From Candidatus Minusculum obligatum (GTDB lineage: Bacteria > Patescibacteriota > Minisyncoccia > Phycocordibacterales > Phycocordibacteraceae), in the NCBI GenBank assembly GCA_002331145.1, contig DCYT01000001.1:223697-287696 (forward strand): DNA of 64,000 nt, written 5' to 3'. Below are positions 19,444 through 28,085 of this stretch, piece after piece; position 1 is the stretch's first letter; each line of letters opens with the position of its first letter. The notes under the pieces were generated by a model. The model was not told where the DNA came from. It worked only from the letters and a program-made list of their open reading frames with translations, and ran no database searches. The position numbers and the translations under genes are program-made.

Positions 19444-19531
19444 GGCAACCTCCCAATATTGACCATATAAAATATACCACAACTCATTGTTTTTAATAAG
19501 CGTGCCTTGCCTCTTCGAAAAAAATGTTTTG

Positions 19532-19603
19532 TGTCACCACCAGGAGTCGAACCTGAATCTAGAGTTTAGGAAACTCTTGTTTTATCCATTAAACTATGGC
19601 GAC
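19532..19603 (-). tRNA. tRNA-Arg(CCT)
   Basis: GTCGCCA acceptor, AGAGT-TT-CCT-AA-ACTCT anticodon arm, GGTTCGACTCC. Confidence 0.92.
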
Positions 19604-20233
19604 AGAATGTCTACTGTAAGAATTTTTGAGATTCTCTATCCCTTCCATTATTAAAAGAAATTCCTCAATGTTCTTCTTTACACGTACACGACACATACCA
19701 TACTCCAAATTGCTTTTATTACCAGCAGGGATTATGTAAATACTGTGCAAATTGCTTTTTGGAAGATTTAGAACATTTAGCCAGAATTTTGCAGCTTTTT
19801 GTTTATCTATATTCTCGTGTACTCGTATGGTTACAATAAACCTATTAGAACTAATGCCAAGATCCTTTAAGAGCTCTACAAAGACCTTTAGCATATAAGA
19901 ATCTGAGTTTATAAAAGAGAGCTCTCTTTTTGTTCCTTCTCCCCAATAAAGACCTAGGAGGAGGAGATACTTTTCTTTTTTCGATAAACTTGTTCCTAAT
20001 ATTCTTTTTGCAGCTTTTTGAGCTTCAACTTTTCTTTTTGAGGCTCTTTCTGTACTTAACCCCCTCCTTTTCTTTATGCGTGCAGATGCATGGTCATTTA
20101 AAATCACATCCTTTGTATATCTCCATACTGTTGCCCTTGGCACATTAGTTAGGGATTCAATCTCAGGAATACTTTTACCTGATTTTCTTAGTTGAATAAT
20201 ATTTTGAATAGTTTCTGCAGAATACTTATACAT
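19589..20233 (-). CDS. HTH + LAGLIDADG-like domain protein (tRNA-associated)
   Basis: N-terminal LRKSGKSIPEIE..NVPRATVWR HTH; LYWGEGTK, FINSD, FW, YGMCRV; AT-rich; 3' end overlaps tRNA-Arg. Confidence 0.75.
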   Translation of the reverse strand: MYKYSAETIQNIIQLRKSGKSIPEIESLTNVPRATVWRYTKDVILNDHASARIKKRRGLSTERASKRKVEAQKAAKRILGTSLSKKEKYLLLLGLYWGEGTKRELSFINSDSYMLKVFVELLKDLGISSNRFIVTIRVHENIDKQKAAKFWLNVLNLPKSNLHSIYIIPAGNKSNLEYGMCRVRVKKNIEEFLLIMEGIENLKNSYSRHSVAIV

Positions 20234-20315
20234 GAATATATCATATCATCCTAGGAGAATATTTTATCCATTTTATACAAGTATCAAAAAACCGCCTGAT
20301 AGGCGGTTTTAAACT

Positions 20316-20552
20316 TTATAGTCCTAGATTCTGCTTCAGCTTGTCTTCATCGTATCCAATGATCATCTCCTCTCCGATGAACACTACTGGCACTCCCATC
20401 TGCCCACTTTTTTCAATCATCTCTGCTCGCTTCTCCTGGTCTGTTGAGACATCAAACTCTGTATACTCAACATTATTTTCCTTGAAAAACTCTTTTGTTG
20501 TCTGACAAAAATGACAAGTTGGTGTGCTGTAGATTACTACTTCTTTATCCAT
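20316..20552 (-). CDS. glutaredoxin-like (NrdH/YruB family) protein
   Basis: IYSTPTCHFC, SGQMGVPV, IIGYD. Confidence 0.9.
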   Translation of the reverse strand: MDKEVVIYSTPTCHFCQTTKEFFKENNVEYTEFDVSTDQEKRAEMIEKSGQMGVPVVFIGEEMIIGYDEDKLKQNLGL

Positions 20553-20591
20553 GTGTATCAATTCTATTCGTAATTAAAAGCAAGTATACCA

Positions 20592-20960
20592 CTACTCAAA
20601 TAAACTCAAAAACCATGGGATCAAACCTTTTGGAGATTCTTTAGGGGTTGTTGTTGCAGGAAGTGCATCCAGTACCACTATCACCTCTTCCCCTTCTTTT
20701 GCCACATCAAAAGTATTCCGAACAAGCGCTTCTTGGCCACGTGATGTATTTAAAACAGCAAGATCAGCATCAAGTACTCTTTCGCGCTCTTCAACACTCT
20801 TAAATTCACGGAAAGCTTCTGCTCTGCGCATCCCAGCCTCACGCTCTTTTTCAAACAGATTAAAAACAACTAGGGATAGGAACCCTACAGCCAAAATAAG
20901 AAAAAATAGTGTGATTCGATTATAAAATGGAGAAATCCCTCTTTTCGCTCGCCTTGCCAT
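20592..20960 (-). CDS. septum formation initiator FtsB/DivIC-like protein
   Basis: N-terminal TM, coiled coil, GQEALVRNTFDVAKEGEEVIVV. Confidence 0.8.
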   Translation of the reverse strand: MARRAKRGISPFYNRITLFFLILAVGFLSLVVFNLFEKEREAGMRRAEAFREFKSVEERERVLDADLAVLNTSRGQEALVRNTFDVAKEGEEVIVVLDALPATTTPKESPKGLIPWFLSLFE

Positions 20961-20978
20961 ATATGCTAGTATAGCACC

Positions 20979-21095
20979 ATGTTATTTGACCCTAAGGTAC
21001 AAAAAGCACTCAAATATGTATTTATTGTCTTCGCAATTCTTCTTGCGTTTTCAATGACCTTTGCCTTTGCCCCAATCTTTACAGGAGGATACTAG
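20979..21095 (+). CDS. 38-aa single-TM small protein (leaderless)
   Basis: MLFDPKVQKALKYVFIVFAILLAFSMTFAFAPIFTGGY; TAGTAT 6 nt before ATG; fills the gap exactly. Confidence 0.6.
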   Translation: MLFDPKVQKALKYVFIVFAILLAFSMTFAFAPIFTGGY

Positions 21096-22882
21096 GAATT
21101 CTCCCCCTTTATCATATTCATAAATACTTCCTCTGGAATATTTACTTTCGCATTTGCAAGAGCTTTCTTCTTTCCCTTCTTCTGCTTCTCCAGAAGTTTT
21201 TTCTTTCTTGTTATATCTCCTCCATAAAGATGTCCTGTTACATCTTTTTTAAATGCAGAAAGTGTCTTTGATGAAAGAATGCGTCCCATTGCCTGAGCCT
21301 GTAGCTTTGTAACAAACTGCTGCCGCGGAAGCACACCATGCAGTTTCTCTACAAGTTTTTCAGCATCTTCTTGTGCACGTCGTCTTGAAACAATTCGTGT
21401 AAATGCAGGGACTGGCTCTTCCGCAACCAACACATCAAGACGAACAACATCAGCGTCTCGCATTTCAAGAATTTCATAACTTAAAGAAGCATATCCACTT
21501 GAAACACTTTTTACACGATCAAAGAATCCACGCATAAGTTCTCGAAGGGGCATCTCTGCAACAATTTCTATACGCCCGTCTCCAAATGTAGAAGTGTCTC
21601 CAACCACCGCCTCATGTTCATAGAGAAGCTTCAATATATTGTCGATAGTATCTGGAGTTGTAATGAGTGTAATAAGTACCCATGGCTCAGAAACACTTTC
21701 TATATCTCCATGGTCAGGAAACTTTGAAGGTGTATACACAACTATTTTTTCTCCCTTTTTATCCGTAACTTCATAGGTAATGGTTGGCATCGTAACAACA
21801 AGTGCCAAGTTAAATTCTCGCCTCAAACGCTCCATAATTATCTCAAGATGAAGCATTCCTAGGAAACCACACCGAAAACCTCTTCCAAGCACTCCTGAGG
21901 CCTCCTCCTCAAAGGATAGAGACGAGTCTGTTAGCTGTAGGCGCTCAAGTGCTTGGCGTAAGATGGGTAGATCATCTTGTCCTTCAGGATATACAGAAGC
22001 CCACACAACTGGACGTACATCTTTGTACCCTGGAAGCGCAGGAAGCTTGCCGTCTTTCTTTCCTACTGTGTCTCCTACCGAAACCACTCCTGGCTCTTTG
22101 ATACCAGTCACCACATACCCAATCTCTCCACAAGACAGAGAGTCTGCAGGAGTTTCCTTTGGCATAAACACTCCAACCTCCTGGGCTATAAAACTCTTTC
22201 CTGCTTCTTTAAAATAAAGCTGATCTCCTTTTTTAATAGACCCATCAAAAAGTCTGGAGAAAAGAATAATTCCTCGGTGATTAGAATAATCAAAATCAAA
22301 AATAAGTCCTCGAGGCTCCGACTCATTGTTGTTTTCTGGAGCAGGCACTTTATGTATAAGCGTACTTAAAAGTTCTTCTGCACCCTCTCCTGTCTTCCCT
22401 GACGTATGAATAATCTCATCCTTAGAACACTTTAGGAGATTCATGATTTCTTCACTCACCTCATCAATACGTGAGTATGGTGAATCAATTTTTGAAAGCA
22501 CAGGAATAATCACACACCCCTGGTCTTTTGCCATAGCAAGTGTTGAGAGTGTTTGTGCCTGCACACCCTGCGTACTATCAACAAGCAGCACCACCCCTTC
22601 TACTGCATTAAGAGCTCGCGATACCTCGTACGCAAAGTCGATGTGCCCTGGAGTATCAATAAGATTAATGATGTACTCCTCGCCCTTGTTCTCATACTTC
22701 ATACGAACGGGCTGCATTTTAATTGTGATACCTCGCTCTCTCTCGAGATCCATTTGATCAAGAACCTGATCTTTCATTTCTCGAGCAGTAATAGTTTTTG
22801 TATGCTCAAGAAGCCGGTCTGCAAGAGTCGACTTCCCATGATCAATATGGGCAATAATTGAAAAATTTCGTATCTGCTGCAT
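21092..22882 (-). CDS. lepA: elongation factor 4
   Basis: IRNFSIIAHIDHGKSTLADR, GFRCGFLGMLHLEI, LYGGDITRK. Confidence 0.98.
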   Translation of the reverse strand: MQQIRNFSIIAHIDHGKSTLADRLLEHTKTITAREMKDQVLDQMDLERERGITIKMQPVRMKYENKGEEYIINLIDTPGHIDFAYEVSRALNAVEGVVLLVDSTQGVQAQTLSTLAMAKDQGCVIIPVLSKIDSPYSRIDEVSEEIMNLLKCSKDEIIHTSGKTGEGAEELLSTLIHKVPAPENNNESEPRGLIFDFDYSNHRGIILFSRLFDGSIKKGDQLYFKEAGKSFIAQEVGVFMPKETPADSLSCGEIGYVVTGIKEPGVVSVGDTVGKKDGKLPALPGYKDVRPVVWASVYPEGQDDLPILRQALERLQLTDSSLSFEEEASGVLGRGFRCGFLGMLHLEIIMERLRREFNLALVVTMPTITYEVTDKKGEKIVVYTPSKFPDHGDIESVSEPWVLITLITTPDTIDNILKLLYEHEAVVGDTSTFGDGRIEIVAEMPLRELMRGFFDRVKSVSSGYASLSYEILEMRDADVVRLDVLVAEEPVPAFTRIVSRRRAQEDAEKLVEKLHGVLPRQQFVTKLQAQAMGRILSSKTLSAFKKDVTGHLYGGDITRKKKLLEKQKKGKKKALANAKVNIPEEVFMNMIKGENS

Positions 22883-24553
22883 TTAGAATTCTGATTGCGG
22901 CTCAAGCTTCTTTTTTACAAGAAAATTGCTTATTCCTGCCCTAATCTCCTGGAACTCTTTATTTGAAAGTCCCCACAGAACAAAAAGGAATACCGTAAGA
23001 CCCAGGGTACCAGCAAGTACACCTTGTGCAAGTACTGCAGTAAGAGATGTTAGTGCAAAGATTCCTCCCAACAAACTAAGCGTTAGATACGCTGTAGCTC
23101 CTCCAATAACAGCAGCAGCAAAGCTTTGGAAGAATACTGGCACTACAATCTTTGCAAAACCTTTGTATCGATGTGCAAAAAGAACAAAAGCAAGCACTCC
23201 TGCAAATATCTGCCCTAGTGCAACACCAAGTGCTATAGAAGCAATTTCTGTTCCTGGAACAAATGAAATTCGAAGAATTGATTCTATGAAATATGTATAC
23301 CCCGGAACATTTCCATGCACATACAGAAGTCCCATGGCTGCAAATATTGAGACTGCGGCACCAGCTCCTTGAATTATTAGCGGAATGAAGGTTTTTCCTG
23401 CAGCGTAGTATGCTCTTGCAATCAAAAGTACGAGAGCCTGCCCAACAAGTGCAGTAACAAGGAGTGCGAGCACCGCCGCAGTAAGACGAGTATCATCCCA
23501 TGTAAATTCTCCTGACCCCAAAATCACACGTACAAGATGTGCTCGGAGCACCACGAATATAACAAGAGCAAATGTTGACCAAAGAATTAAGTGCCGAGCA
23601 GCATCAGCAACTCTTTTTACAAAGTTCTCAACTTCATTTGCAGCATAGAGTGTTGCAAGCGTTGGAAATGCAACAACCGCATACGAGGCACCAATAAGTG
23701 CAAGTGGCACTCCCTCTAAGTTATACGCAAAACTAAAGATTGTTATTGAACCCTCCTTAAGCGGTGCTGCGAGCATTGTTACAACAACAGCAATGATTAT
23801 GTGAGAAGAGAGCGCGAGCGCACGTGGGAAAGAGTGAATTATGATGTGCCGTAATTTTTGTACATCTGGAAACTTTAGGTACGGAGCAAGTCCAGAAGAA
23901 ACAACTATAGGAATGTGCAGTGCCATATGCATAAACGCACCAAGAACTACTCCGTACCCAAGACCTGCAATACCAAAAAGAGGTTCTAGAACAAGAATTC
24001 CAAAGATAATTCCTACGTTATAGAACACTCCTGATAATGCATAGAGCAAGAACCTTCTTTCAAGCTGGGTGACGCTACTTATAACGCTTGAGATACCAAG
24101 TAGTATTGGCTGCAATAGCAATATTCTCGTAAGCAGCACAAACTCAGAAAATAGAGACGAGTCTGCAAAACTTGGATATAGCGCTGTTAGGATTTGCGGC
24201 GTAAATGCTGCAGCAACAGCAGCTGTTGCTCCCAGCACAATAGTTAGGAACATAACCGCATCAGAAAGTAATTCTCGAGCTTTCTTTTTTGATTCTTCTC
24301 CTGCTCTTGCAATAAGAGGAATCAAAATATATGCAGATACTAGCGATGCAATAAGCGCAAAGAGAAGATCCGGCAATTTAAATGCAGCGTAGTAGATATC
24401 GAGCAATTCGCTAGCTCCAAAACTGTGCGCCAAGATCCTATCACGCAAAAGCGCAAGTAATTGCGCTAAAAACGTAAAGATTGCAACGGTATATGCAGCG
24501 GCGTGCAGGTTCGCTACTTCCTTGCGAATGAGTCGAAAGAAGGAAGTAACCAT
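22883..24553 (-). CDS. murJ: lipid II flippase MurJ
   Basis: LLALLRDRILAHSFGA..LDIYYAAFKLPDL, YAVVAFPTLA, ARAYYA. Confidence 0.88.
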   Translation of the reverse strand: MVTSFFRLIRKEVANLHAAAYTVAIFTFLAQLLALLRDRILAHSFGASELLDIYYAAFKLPDLLFALIASLVSAYILIPLIARAGEESKKKARELLSDAVMFLTIVLGATAAVAAAFTPQILTALYPSFADSSLFSEFVLLTRILLLQPILLGISSVISSVTQLERRFLLYALSGVFYNVGIIFGILVLEPLFGIAGLGYGVVLGAFMHMALHIPIVVSSGLAPYLKFPDVQKLRHIIIHSFPRALALSSHIIIAVVVTMLAAPLKEGSITIFSFAYNLEGVPLALIGASYAVVAFPTLATLYAANEVENFVKRVADAARHLILWSTFALVIFVVLRAHLVRVILGSGEFTWDDTRLTAAVLALLVTALVGQALVLLIARAYYAAGKTFIPLIIQGAGAAVSIFAAMGLLYVHGNVPGYTYFIESILRISFVPGTEIASIALGVALGQIFAGVLAFVLFAHRYKGFAKIVVPVFFQSFAAAVIGGATAYLTLSLLGGIFALTSLTAVLAQGVLAGTLGLTVFLFVLWGLSNKEFQEIRAGISNFLVKKKLEPQSEF

Positions 24554-24556
24554 GAA

Positions 24557-26947
24557 TTACTGAGTCAGTCCTCCAAGCTCTTCAAATGGATTCTCTCCTG
24601 CTTCAAGTGCAGCGATCTGATCTGCTAGTGCTGTAGCATTTTCCTCAGATAGTGCTGCTGCTCTATTTAGTGCCTCAAGTGCTGCCTCAAACTCTCCTTC
24701 TTGAGCCAAGATTGTTGCAAGAACATAGTGTCCATTTGCAAAACTTGGATTTACATTTGTTGCTCGCACCAGAGCTGCAATAGCTCCTTCTGTATTTCCT
24801 GTTGTTTCCCGAAGGATAGCAAGCTGGAATAGAACGTTTGAGTTATTTGGCTGGAAGAATGCTGCAGCCTCAGCACTCTGTAGTGCCTCCTCTGTATTTC
24901 CTGCCTGTACCTCAAGCTGTGAAAGTAGGAAGATTGCATCTACATAATCCTGCTTTAGAGCGATTGCTTCTTCAAGAAGTACTCGTGCAGCATCTGTATC
25001 TTGGTTTGCAATTTCAAGCTGAGCCAAGATTAGAGAAATCTCTGGATTAAACGGATTGAGCTCCTGTGCCTTTGCATATGCAGTTTTTGCATTGTCATAT
25101 GCTCCTTCTACCTGAAGAGGAACTACAAGCTGATATACATTTCCAAGTGCTAGCCAGTTCTGGTAGTTATCTTCTTTAATTTGTGTTGCGAGAAGCGCGC
25201 TCTCTACTGCACTTCCAAGTGCTGCTTGGAATGCTTGCGCTCGCTCTTCTTGAGACAGAGACTCATCGTTTGCAATTTGATTTAGATCATTTTGTCCAAG
25301 TGCTGCTGCTAAACGATACTGTCTATCACTTTGATGAAGTGTTAGGGATTGCGCAAGTGCATTTCCTGCGCCTGCTCTATCACCCGTTTGTGCTGCTGCT
25401 ACTGACTGGTTATAGAAGAGTCCTGCAAGATATCGCTCTCCTGCGAAGAAGATTGTAACGATACTTGAAAGAAGAACTAGTGTGAGAACAAACACAAGAA
25501 CAAATCCAATACGTGGACTTCGAGAGAAGAAGATTCCCCACTCTCGCTTTTGGTTTCCACTAAATCGCAGTGTTGCGATAAAGAGACCGGTCATTGCAAA
25601 TGCAAGGAATAGAATAACCGCACCAGGCACATTTAGAATTGCAATTAGCCAGAAGTAGAGAGCCAACACATAACTTCCCAGAGAAAGAACAAACATTCCC
25701 TGATGCTGTGCTCGAGAAAGAATAAGGGCTCTAAATCCTATGTAGATAAAGAATCCAAAGAATACAAGCCACGCAAGTACTCCAATTAGACCAGTAACAG
25801 CAATCATTGAAGGTACATACCCAATACCTGCACTAAAGTCTACGTTCCAGAAAATAGTGTTGTTGAGGTCTGCGCTCTTTGCTAGAAGCCACTCGCTTCC
25901 AAATGTTGTTGGCCCTGTTCCGAAGATAGGGTTCTTTGCAAATGTTTCTTGCCCAACAGCAAGTGTTGCATCCCATGATGGACGAACTGATGTTTGATCA
26001 AATCCAAATGCATTTGAAAGAATATTTCCAAGAGAACCAGACCCAATCACCATAATGATAGAAAGAGCTAGTACAGATAGTGAAAGCACGAGATTGTTAG
26101 CACCACCCTGCTTTACTCCCATGTTTTCGTTCATGTTTGTAGGTGCATCTCCCATCTCTCCTGCATATAGCGCAGTTACTCCCTCAACATCATCGTGTGT
26201 TCCCCCGCTTTGCTTAAGCATCCCTTGAATAAAGATTGCTAGTGCAAATAGTCCAATAACAAACCAGATAAGCGTAAAGTTAATCACCGCAAGGAATGCA
26301 AGTGACACTGCAAGGAATGCATATAGCCATCGCTTTGTTTTCTTCCCTGTATTTCCCATAAGCAATGCCAAGAGACTTGCAATTGCTCCAGCTCCAAGGA
26401 ATACCGCAAGGTCATTAGCACTTCCAAGAGTGTTCGCAGCAGGAGCTGCAGTAACTCCAAGACCTGAAAGAAGTCCTGTTCCAAGAACAAAGAGAATTAT
26501 TTGTACAATGAGCACCAATCCAAGCCCTATAAAAGAGGCTTTTGTTACGTGTGAGAATTGCTCTGCTTTTCTTAGCGTGAAGGCAAGCACAGTAGCAAGC
26601 ACTGTTCCTGCTAATACAAACCCGATAGTGTTTGTCTCAATCTGATTCCCAAATACTGAGAAGCCAAGGTTATTTCCTGCAAAAAGCGCAGATAAGAAAT
26701 ACGCCACTGGAATAAGCCAAAGTGTTCCAAGAAGCGCAAGCGGAGGCATAATAATGCTTCCCCTTCGAAGCCTTGTAAGAATGTGGAGTGCAAGCCCAAC
26801 TACTGCAGCAAGCACCACTGCCATTGTTTTAGTAAATCCAAACGGTATTACTGCCATTGGAATAAAAAGAACCGGGATAATAGCAAGTGCCGCAGCAGCT
26901 GCTATCACTGTCCCAGTCTCAAGCGTAAACGGTAATTTTCTGTCCAT
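24557..26947 (-). CDS. multi-TM O-antigen-ligase-like protein with C-terminal TPR repeats
   Basis: About 12 TM helices, R..W....KNPIFGTGP periplasmic motif, C-terminal TPR pattern (YAKAQELNP, AIALKQDY). Confidence 0.75.
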   Translation of the reverse strand: MDRKLPFTLETGTVIAAAAALAIIPVLFIPMAVIPFGFTKTMAVVLAAVVGLALHILTRLRRGSIIMPPLALLGTLWLIPVAYFLSALFAGNNLGFSVFGNQIETNTIGFVLAGTVLATVLAFTLRKAEQFSHVTKASFIGLGLVLIVQIILFVLGTGLLSGLGVTAAPAANTLGSANDLAVFLGAGAIASLLALLMGNTGKKTKRWLYAFLAVSLAFLAVINFTLIWFVIGLFALAIFIQGMLKQSGGTHDDVEGVTALYAGEMGDAPTNMNENMGVKQGGANNLVLSLSVLALSIIMVIGSGSLGNILSNAFGFDQTSVRPSWDATLAVGQETFAKNPIFGTGPTTFGSEWLLAKSADLNNTIFWNVDFSAGIGYVPSMIAVTGLIGVLAWLVFFGFFIYIGFRALILSRAQHQGMFVLSLGSYVLALYFWLIAILNVPGAVILFLAFAMTGLFIATLRFSGNQKREWGIFFSRSPRIGFVLVFVLTLVLLSSIVTIFFAGERYLAGLFYNQSVAAAQTGDRAGAGNALAQSLTLHQSDRQYRLAAALGQNDLNQIANDESLSQEERAQAFQAALGSAVESALLATQIKEDNYQNWLALGNVYQLVVPLQVEGAYDNAKTAYAKAQELNPFNPEISLILAQLEIANQDTDAARVLLEEAIALKQDYVDAIFLLSQLEVQAGNTEEALQSAEAAAFFQPNNSNVLFQLAILRETTGNTEGAIAALVRATNVNPSFANGHYVLATILAQEGEFEAALEALNRAAALSEENATALADQIAALEAGENPFEELGGLTQ

Positions 26948-27033
26948 ATCTAATATTTAATCTAAATCTCACACGCGAATAATACGTACTATAATAGCAC
27001 TTTCACCAAACCTCCTTGAGACTTTTCCAGAGC

Positions 27034-28071
27034 TTAAAACTCCCAGTCTCCCTTAAGTCCAGTTGATTGAGTGTAATTAACTACAGTTGTTTCAAAGAAG
27101 TTACTCTTGTCATTATCTTGATCCTGTAGACGCTCAAGGTGCACGTACGGGTTCTCTTCTGGTGCATTTGGGTAAATTGGTGCAATACCAATCCGAGCCA
27201 TACGCTCGTTTGCAAGCCAGTGAGTATACTTTTCTGTAGATTCACTATTAATTCCTGCCATATTGTCTCCAATAATATGATTAGTCCATGCAATTTCTTG
27301 TTCTACTGCAACTTTAGTCATTTCAATAACCATTTCCTCATCAAACATCTCTGGAAACTCCTTCTTTATTTCGTTCATCATGTTTGCAAACATCACAACA
27401 TGCGTTAGCTCATCCCGACGGATGTACGCAATCATTCGCCCGGTTGCAAGCATTTTTCCGTGGTCCACAAGTGTGTCGAAGAATGCAAAACCGTTATAGA
27501 AGTAAAGGCTCTCAAGTAGATAGTTGGCAACAACAGTCCTAAAGAAGTTTGTATCTGTTGGCTCATCAATAAATTTTTGATAAATATCTCCAATATATTT
27601 ATTTCGCCCAAGAAGAACCTCATCATTCTTCCAGAAGTAATAAATCTCGTCTCGCTCCTTACTCTCTACCACTGTCTCAAGAATAGTTGCGTAACTTTGT
27701 GAGTGAATTGCCTCCTGATATGCCTGAATAGCAAGAAGAAGGTTCACCTCAGGTGCAGTAATGTAGTCTGAAATATTTGGAAGGTTTACTGTCTGAATTG
27801 AATCTAAGAAGATAAGAAATGAAAGAATTCCTTTGTATGCTTTTTGCTCTACAGGAGACAGAGCACTGTGAAAAGCATTTGCATCCTCCTTAAGACCCAT
27901 AACCTTCTCTGGAATCCAAAAGTTTCCAACCATGATTGGATACAGCTTCTTTGCCCAAGAGTACTTGGTTGCATTTAGTTGAAACAGCCCTGTTGTGCTT
28001 CCTTTTATAATCGTTCGATTTCCTACCGAATCATCCCCCGCCGGATTAAAGATTTTACTTTTCTCTACCAT
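27034..28071 (-). CDS. nrdB: class I ribonucleotide reductase beta subunit
   Basis: FLDSIQ, QEAIHSQSY (radical Tyr), LESLYFY, RDELTH, NFFE. Confidence 0.93.
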   Translation of the reverse strand: MVEKSKIFNPAGDDSVGNRTIIKGSTTGLFQLNATKYSWAKKLYPIMVGNFWIPEKVMGLKEDANAFHSALSPVEQKAYKGILSFLIFLDSIQTVNLPNISDYITAPEVNLLLAIQAYQEAIHSQSYATILETVVESKERDEIYYFWKNDEVLLGRNKYIGDIYQKFIDEPTDTNFFRTVVANYLLESLYFYNGFAFFDTLVDHGKMLATGRMIAYIRRDELTHVVMFANMMNEIKKEFPEMFDEEMVIEMTKVAVEQEIAWTNHIIGDNMAGINSESTEKYTHWLANERMARIGIAPIYPNAPEENPYVHLERLQDQDNDKSNFFETTVVNYTQSTGLKGDWEF

Positions 28072-28085
28072 ATTTTATTTATTAA

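Noticed and set aside
21075-21092. ATCTTTACAGGAGG copy of the cassette leader motif
   Set aside because: It lies inside the 38-aa ORF (codons IFTGG) with no downstream start codon before lepA, so it is probably coincidental.
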